Source of the DNA: a virus
DNA length: 64,000 nucleotides
IMG/VR virus record: IMGVR_UViG_3300042556_001053
Location: 50,444 to 114,443 of that record
Strand: one strand, 5' to 3'
Shown: positions 58,279 through 64,000 of the stretch, piece after piece
Layout: each line of letters begins with the position of its first letter
Position numbering within the stretch: position 1 is the stretch's first letter
Program-made: the position numbers and the translations under genes
The notes under the pieces: model-generated
Told to the model about the DNA's origin: nothing
What the model saw: only the letters and a program-made list of their open reading frames with translations
The model's database searches: none

Positions 58279-58919
58279 TATAGAGCCACTGAACCCTTTC
58301 CTCCGCCAGAAGACTTCTTTGCTACAGTCTTTGCTGATTTCTTTGCAGCATCTGCAGTTGTAGCTTTAACAGGTGTTGCTGCCAACTTGTTTAGTAGTGG
58401 GGTATTCTCTTCACCAGTATAAACTGGACGGCCCCAACCAACTACAGCATTAACTAGCTTCTTCTTATTGTTCTTTACATATGCACGAGTCTTTTCTACG
58501 CACATACCACCATTACGCTGATCTCCCTTTGCAGTTCCAGATGTATTTCCTTCAATAACTTGTATAGTTCCATCTCCATTGTTCTTAATGCAAAGACCAA
58601 CATGTGAAATACGATTTACACCATCATCTGGGAAATCAAAATAAATCCAGTCTCCTGCTTGTGGGTCATCGTTACGAGCATCTGACCAACGCTCAGCCTT
58701 CTTAAACCAGTCTGCTGCTGCTACTGTTGATGCTGACTTAGGGAATGATTTTACTCCCGCAGTAAACGCACACCAAGAAACGAATGACTGGCACCATGGT
58801 TGGAAGTTAACCTTTATCCATGCACCGTACTTTGTTTCGTTATCTTTTGGGCCTTCAATCGTGCCCACTTCTTTCTTTGCAATATCAATGATTGCTTCTA
58901 GTGATCCTTTAGTTGCCAT
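58278..58919 (-). CDS. CHAP-domain peptidoglycan hydrolase
   Basis: PWCQSFVSW, SHVG, IEGNT. Confidence 0.88.
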   Translation of the reverse strand: MATKGSLEAIIDIAKKEVGTIEGPKDNETKYGAWIKVNFQPWCQSFVSWCAFTAGVKSFPKSASTVAAADWFKKAERWSDARNDDPQAGDWIYFDFPDDGVNRISHVGLCIKNNGDGTIQVIEGNTSGTAKGDQRNGGMCVEKTRAYVKNNKKKLVNAVVGWGRPVYTGEENTPLLNKLAATPVKATTADAAKKSAKTVAKKSSGGGKGSVAL

Positions 58920-58953
58920 TTTACCCTCCTATAGGTATCTATCTATTATAGCA

Positions 58954-59229
58954 TTAGGAGGCTTTGTGTGTCAAACGATAATGAGTTCTTATTCTATGAC
59001 AGTTAGCACAGACTACCTCACACTTTGCTATTTCTTTTTTAATGGCTGCCCAAGAAAATCCATCATGAATCATTCTTGAGATGTTATATTTTTTATCATG
59101 CAGGTGATCAAAATCTAAAACTATATGATTATTAACGCCACAGTCTACACAGCCAGATGACTCTTTTATTTCAGACAGTCTTTTTTTAAACTGTTGCTTG
59201 TTGTAGTGAACCAACTCTTTGTCAGTCAT
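58954..59229 (-). CDS. HNH endonuclease
   Basis: CVDC...LDFDH...CANCHR. Confidence 0.85.
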   Translation of the reverse strand: MTDKELVHYNKQQFKKRLSEIKESSGCVDCGVNNHIVLDFDHLHDKKYNISRMIHDGFSWAAIKKEIAKCEVVCANCHRIRTHYRLTHKAS

Positions 59230-59256
59230 AGACTTTAATTATATCAACAAATATTA

Positions 59257-59342
59257 AGCCCCACACAGGCAATTCACCTGACTTGCGCCACGGTCTCTAT
59301 CCAATGGGTAACTAATCCATCACTAAGGTCCTGTGTGGGGAC
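59257..59342 (-). ncRNA. Candidate structured ncRNA (multi-stem junction)
   Basis: 11-bp closing stem CCCCACACAGG/CCTGTGTGGGG; internal ATGG/CCAT and TGGC-GCAA-GTCA hairpins; upstream TACAAT. Confidence 0.5.
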
Positions 59343-59354
59343 ATTTATATTGTA

Positions 59355-59771
59355 CTACTTGATTTTGATTGTCTTAGGCTTCTTTTCTTCAGGAACAATG
59401 CGTACTACATTAATGTGTAGCATTCCATCCTTTAGCTCTGCAGAAGTCACTTCCATGTATTCTCCAAGAGCAAAAGACCTTACAAACTTTCTACCTGCGA
59501 TACCTTTATGAACTACCTCTACATTTGCAACCTCAACAATCTCACCCTTGATAATTAATGTTCCATTATCTACTGAAACATCAATATCTTCTTTTGAAAA
59601 ACCAGCGACAGCCAGTGAAATCTTGTACGTATCTTCATCTAGTTTGATAAGATCATACGGAGGGTATGACTGTGAGTTTGTTTTGTGTGCTGTATTTAGG
59701 CGACTTAGCTCTCTGTTGAAGCCAATAAAAAAAGGATCATTGAATAGATCCATTGCATGTGTTACTACCAT
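59355..59771 (-). CDS. Small heat-shock protein Hsp20/IbpA
   Basis: YPPYD, LAVAGF, HKGIAGR.F.RSF.L, A.LKDGML. Confidence 0.93.
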   Translation of the reverse strand: MVVTHAMDLFNDPFFIGFNRELSRLNTAHKTNSQSYPPYDLIKLDEDTYKISLAVAGFSKEDIDVSVDNGTLIIKGEIVEVANVEVVHKGIAGRKFVRSFALGEYMEVTSAELKDGMLHINVVRIVPEEKKPKTIKIK

Positions 59772-59823
59772 TTTATTCCCCTTTCAAGCGAATAAGTTAA
59801 TGTACCCCCGTAGGCAGTACAAT
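59772..59823 (-). promoter_or_regulatory. ROSE-like RNA thermometer leader of hsp20
   Basis: UAUUCGCUU pairs with AAGGGGAAUA (SD); upstream UACG-tetraloop hairpin. Confidence 0.5.
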
Positions 59824-59827
59824 TCTA

Positions 59828-60649
59828 TTATAACATATTATGAAATGATTCAGCAAGGTGTAACTGCTGGTGAAGTCCCCAGTGAGGATGGCCAAGCTTA
59901 TCGTCAGCAGCAAAATCAAAAAGATCTGCAGCGTACTCTTGATGACATGTCCTAGTTTTCCCGTCATTAATAAAATCACCTAAAAAGTAACTATCTAAAT
60001 TGATTCTATAAAGAATATCAGAATACGATGTATCATTATAAGAAGTCCACAAAAGTTTAACATTGTTAGTCTTACAATATTGATCTAACATCTTCATAAA
60101 CATCAAATTATAAAAAATTGGTACTTCTTCTGGAATTACCTCATCTCCACTATGTGGTAGCTTTGAAAACTTTTCAATTTTACTATTATTAATAAATATG
60201 TTTTGTATATACGCTCTATCTTGATCAGAAATGTTTGGCTTTTTATCTACACCAAAAATATCTTTTACATATGGCATCTCCATTCTTGACATTGGAAATA
60301 CACCAAGTATATATTCTGGATGATAAAATTCTTTAAAAAATTGAAATGCTTTTATTACTTGTGCTTGCATGCTGTCGCCACCTTTTGCTAAGCTGATATA
60401 TGGCATATTTGTTTTTTCTGAGAGTAAGAATGGCCATGTATACTCTAGAGGTAGCCCAACACCCAAGGTTTGAGAACATCCCAAAACCAAAACCTTTTGA
60501 TCTTTAAATTCTTCAGACCTATAGCCATATGAATTATATTCATAATATATTTGTCTGTTATCATTTAACATTATAGTTTTTCCAGGGTCTCTGGAACTCA
60601 TTTTTTTTAAAGACCTTGAAAAAAGATCTAGAAAATTAACCTCAGTCAT
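59828..60649 (-). CDS. SGNH-like protein (third paralog)
   Basis: YNSYGYRSEEF, LGCSQTLG, HPHWG...H. Confidence 0.6.
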   Translation of the reverse strand: MTEVNFLDLFSRSLKKMSSRDPGKTIMLNDNRQIYYEYNSYGYRSEEFKDQKVLVLGCSQTLGVGLPLEYTWPFLLSEKTNMPYISLAKGGDSMQAQVIKAFQFFKEFYHPEYILGVFPMSRMEMPYVKDIFGVDKKPNISDQDRAYIQNIFINNSKIEKFSKLPHSGDEVIPEEVPIFYNLMFMKMLDQYCKTNNVKLLWTSYNDTSYSDILYRINLDSYFLGDFINDGKTRTCHQEYAADLFDFAADDKLGHPHWGLHQQLHLAESFHNML

Positions 60650-61292
60650 GCCAATATTTCCTTCCATCTGGAACTTTACTATACTTGTCAGGATATCCAA
60701 TACCTGGCCTTCCATCTAATGCAAAATCAGCATACTGACCATTTACATCAACATAGTGCAAAAATGCCTGTGCCTGCCAAGATCCAACAGGTGCATCAAA
60801 TGGTTCACGCCAATGCTCTAGACTAACACCTTTGTAAACTACCATATCTCCAGGGAGCGTAATATTTTCTTTTCCATCTACCCAAATATTCCAACTATAA
60901 TTTTTATCATCTGTATTATAAAAACATCCTAGGTTAACTGTTGCTGATATCTCACAAGCAAACCTGTCTTTGTGTTTTTTGAGGTAATCTCCAGTTTTAT
61001 ATAGTCTGTGGTATGAATATGTTGGTAAAAGAGTAAGTCCTGTGGCCAGCTCAACTGTGTGATGCATTGCTACAAGTAGTGATTCTGTAATAGGGTTTGC
61101 ATAGCCAACCTGTGTAGGAGGACTTATAATGTCATTTTTAATGTTTGGGTTTGAAATTGAATCAAAATATATTGCATTAGCAAGAATATTTGCTTCATTT
61201 TGTGTTAATGCATTAGATACTTTAACATAGCCATTTTTACTAAAGAGATAAGAATTCTCTTTATTTTTATCAACTGGATTAATGTATGACAT
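60642..61292 (-). CDS. 2OG-Fe(II) oxygenase
   Basis: PTYSY.RLY, HKDRFACEIS, HWREP, FLHYV motifs. Confidence 0.8.
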   Translation of the reverse strand: MSYINPVDKNKENSYLFSKNGYVKVSNALTQNEANILANAIYFDSISNPNIKNDIISPPTQVGYANPITESLLVAMHHTVELATGLTLLPTYSYHRLYKTGDYLKKHKDRFACEISATVNLGCFYNTDDKNYSWNIWVDGKENITLPGDMVVYKGVSLEHWREPFDAPVGSWQAQAFLHYVDVNGQYADFALDGRPGIGYPDKYSKVPDGRKYWHD

Positions 61293-61316
61293 CTGATTCT
61301 CCTAACTATTACATTG

Positions 61317-61389
61317 CTGGTCTGGCAAGACTTGAACTTGCGACATGGGCATTAACAGTGCCCCGCTCTGCCAACTGAGCTACAGACCA
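61317..61389 (-). tRNA. tRNA-Asn(GUU)
   Basis: Cloverleaf with GGGCA-CTGTTAA-TGCCC. Confidence 0.95.
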
Positions 61390-61395
61390 AAACCT

Positions 61396-62250
61396 TTATC
61401 TAGCAATAAATACATACCCTAAAACTTTTGGCAAAGAAGATAAAAAATCTCCAAAAGTTTTTGATTGATTTAGAGTTACATACTTTGTTGCTGCTACTAC
61501 GGTAGCTCCAGAAGTTTGAGAAGCTGCAACATTTGATACAACCCCGTTATACATTGTTACAGGAATATCTCCACGTGTAACAAGATCAAGTCCAGGACCA
61601 CGATTTGTACTTGGAACCAGGTTTACTTGAGAACTTTGCAATGAGCCAACACCGATTACGTCAACGACACAAGATGGAAAGCCAACGATTTTGTCTGATC
61701 TATCGTTACCAGTTGCAGCAAAAGTTGGAATATTTTGTGCCTTTAAAGATGCTACAGCATTGATAGTATTAGTATCTGATGTGCAAGCCAATAGGTTGTT
61801 TTTTGATGTACCTGATTGACTAATAGATACAGCATCAATACTATATTTTGATGCATTCTTTGATACCCAGTCAATTGCTAAGGCTAAAGACTGTGGCTGG
61901 TTTCCTGAGTTACCCTGTGCCGTAATGTCTGCAATTCTAACAAATACAATCTTAATGTTTGGATTGATTGCTAAAGCTGCCTGTGTCATGTTATGACCAT
62001 GATACGTAGCATTACCAATGTTTGCAGGCCATACCTTTGAATTTGCTGAACCAACACCCTCCATGAACGCTAGTCCATTTGGGCAAGAACGGTTTACAGT
62101 GAAGCATGCTTCATAAATTACGGATGGAATCTTTGCAGAGTCTACTGCTGTGTCAATGATTGCCAATACCTTTTGATCTTGTGCCTGTGCTGGCTCAACT
62201 GCCATTAGTGCAAGTACTGCTGATAGTGCTACGATTACTAGTTTCTTCAT
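61396..62250 (-). CDS. Secreted subtilisin-like S8 peptidase
   Basis: Signal peptide; AIIDTA, HGHNM, AATGN, QTSGA catalytic motifs. Confidence 0.8.
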   Translation of the reverse strand: MKKLVIVALSAVLALMAVEPAQAQDQKVLAIIDTAVDSAKIPSVIYEACFTVNRSCPNGLAFMEGVGSANSKVWPANIGNATYHGHNMTQAALAINPNIKIVFVRIADITAQGNSGNQPQSLALAIDWVSKNASKYSIDAVSISQSGTSKNNLLACTSDTNTINAVASLKAQNIPTFAATGNDRSDKIVGFPSCVVDVIGVGSLQSSQVNLVPSTNRGPGLDLVTRGDIPVTMYNGVVSNVAASQTSGATVVAATKYVTLNQSKTFGDFLSSLPKVLGYVFIAR

Positions 62251-62272
62251 TTTGTTACCCCTTTTTTGTTTG

Positions 62273-62494
62273 TTATTGTTGTTTGATTTTAAAAACTACT
62301 TGACAAGGGTCTCCGCCCTCTTCCCATTCTTGCATTTCTTCATCTGTCATGTAACTGTCACCTTCGTGTGTGTTACAAAATGGTTCTGTAATCCAGCCAC
62401 GTTTGATTCCATTTTCCATCCAGATTTCAAATTCATCATAGTCAGACTCTAATGCCTGAATATCTTTTAATATTTCTTCAAACTCTTCGTTCAT
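62273..62494 (-). CDS. Acidic hypothetical protein
   Basis: C.THEG...GGDPC motif. Confidence 0.6.
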   Translation of the reverse strand: MNEEFEEILKDIQALESDYDEFEIWMENGIKRGWITEPFCNTHEGDSYMTDEEMQEWEEGGDPCQVVFKIKQQ

Positions 62495-62509
62495 ATTATA
62501 AGTATATCC

Positions 62510-63028
62510 TTATCCTTGAAGGATGTCAACTGGACCAATACAAGATGTACTGTATGCAACCGCTGCATTTAATGCTAGAGTCAGACGACGCTTGGGATCT
62601 TTATGATTTTGGGTAGCATGAAGAGAACCCATAGCGAAGTCTGCCCCAGATCCTATAGCACAGAAATCTCTGTCATAGGAAACCAATGTAAGGCCATCTG
62701 CATCATGTTCATACAGCTTTCCTTTTACTCCAATTAATAGTGATAGCTCACTATCTTTACCGCCAATATCCCACTCACTATAAAATGATTTAAGTGATTT
62801 TAGGAATTTACCATGCATAAACTTATCAGGATTGCCTTCTAGAGCAGGTGGAATAAAGTTATATTGAATAATCTGCCCATCAAATGTTCCTGCAAAACCA
62901 AATATGTAAGGACCTGATTTCCATATTTTTGGTTTGTCAATAGGAACAATGTAGGTACCCTCAGATGCCCCACGTTCTCCAGCAAGGTATACCTTACCGT
63001 CCTTCATTATCCCTGCAATACAAGTCAT
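62510..63028 (-). CDS. HslV/proteasome-beta-like Ntn protease
   Basis: MTCIAG with Thr2 nucleophile; PKI; AIGSG..FAMG. Confidence 0.8.
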   Translation of the reverse strand: MTCIAGIMKDGKVYLAGERGASEGTYIVPIDKPKIWKSGPYIFGFAGTFDGQIIQYNFIPPALEGNPDKFMHGKFLKSLKSFYSEWDIGGKDSELSLLIGVKGKLYEHDADGLTLVSYDRDFCAIGSGADFAMGSLHATQNHKDPKRRLTLALNAAVAYSTSCIGPVDILQG

Positions 63029-63099
63029 GCCTACCCCTAAGTCACTATATTACTAGTATACCAGAGGTAGGCATGAGTGTCAATTAGCCTAAAATATGA

Positions 63100-63595
63100 C
63101 TAATTAGCTTTTTTATCTACAGTTTTAAATGCATCATTTATTTCTGCGATAGTAAGCTTGCCATCGTCCAAAAAAGCTCGTGCCAGTCTTTCAATAACTG
63201 TTGCCACTCCTAATAGACCTGCAAGCATTACTGCCTGAATTGTATCAATTCCTACTACTGCTCCAGCACCAAGTACTGATAGACCAGAAGCAGCAAAGAC
63301 TGCTACGATACGCATCAAAACATTTGTCAAAGCTTTTTGTGGGTGCTCCTTTTTTGGAGCTTCTACTACCTTTTTTCTAGTTGCCATTTTATTTTTCCTT
63401 TCGTAGTGGTATTGTGATTAGCCATACAACTGTGGTTGCAAGCACTGCAATCCCAACAATGTCTCTGGCTGATCCTGTTAATGTTAGCCATGCTATAAAG
63501 AAACCAAGAAGAGTAAAAGCTTGTGCGATTACTTCAACTCCAGCGTCTTTCAGCCATGTGAAGAATCCCTTCACAACTTTTTTGATTATTTTCAT
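63100..63595 (-). CDS. Two small membrane proteins (63100-63387, 63389-63595)
   Basis: Two TM segments each; DDGKLT..EI motif in the first. Confidence 0.6.
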
Positions 63596-63596
63596 A

Positions 63597-64000
63597 TTAT
63601 CTCCTCATCCCAATCATTACGTTTGCAATCTGTGAAACAATGATTACTGGAATAATGACTTCCTGGGCCTTTTCTCTCTGATCATCTGTCATATCGCTAC
63701 CTAATTCAGAGAAATTAGATAGTAATTCTGCTACGTCCACCTCAAGTACTGCTCCAATTGGGTCTGCTAAAAATGCTTCTGTTTGTACTTCTGTTACTGC
63801 ATCTGCTAATGTAAATGGCATTGGTGTATCCCCTGCAGATTCTGCTCTGTCAGTAAACTCAACAAATGCTTCAGCAAGTGCTGGGTTAGACTTCATCTGT
63901 TCAGCAATCTGTGCAACTTCTGACGGCTTAATACCAAGGTCTTCTGCAACTTCTACTTTTGCTTCTTGCGTCAATGCTTTGAGTGTTTGACTTACTGCTG
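63597..64000 (-). CDS. C-terminal part of a large acidic protein with hydrophobic end (5' end beyond window)
   Basis: Open to the window edge; GSDMTDDQREKAQEVIIPVIIVSQ. Confidence 0.6.
   Translation of the reverse strand, partial: AVSQTLKALTQEAKVEVAEDLGIKPSEVAQIAEQMKSNPALAEAFVEFTDRAESAGDTPMPFTLADAVTEVQTEAFLADPIGAVLEVDVAELLSNFSELGSDMTDDQREKAQEVIIPVIIVSQIANVMIGMRR

Noticed and set aside
58954-59229. HNH as an intron-encoded mobile element
   Set aside because: No split host gene or group I core elements were seen; it is a free-standing small HNH with its own promoter.

Overview
64 kb of an AT-rich, large dsDNA tailed-phage genome; no rRNA, CRISPR, integrase or reverse transcriptase seen. The host is most likely an actinobacterium, given WhiB, AhpC/AhpD, many leaderless TGnTAnnnT promoters and actinobacterial regulator-like sites. 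Layout: (1) 1-6.1 kb, virion fibre/baseplate-type genes; (2) 6.8-18.8 kb, ten tandem prolyl-4-hydroxylase-like 2OG-Fe(II) oxygenases plus an SDR and two DUF6065-like genes, directly downstream of an FN3 protein with a 132-residue tail made only of Pro and Phe, and next to a collagen-like gene; (3) about 21.8-32.2 kb, a divergent, modular early-type region of small genes with nine TGTCAG-N10-TAnnnT (PafBC/RecA-NDp-type) promoters, helically phased CRP-type boxes, a DnaA-box pair and a CTCGG boundary mark, ending in an iteron/DnaA-box region; (4) 33-64 kb, auxiliary and glyco-modification genes (TauD, glycosyltransferases including a Gnt1-like hydroxyproline GlcNAc-transferase, carbamoyltransferase, methyltransferases, pstS, ahpCD, whiB, APS kinase, CHAP, hsp20, S8 and HslV-like proteases). 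Five tRNAs: Asp, Met/Ile2, Ile-UAU, Arg-UCU, Asn. Top leads: a Pro/Phe fibre hydroxylation-glycosylation system, early genes apparently wired to the host PafBC DNA-damage regulon, and a five-copy covarying H-type pseudoknot behind stop codons. All family assignments come from motif recognition by eye, not database searches.
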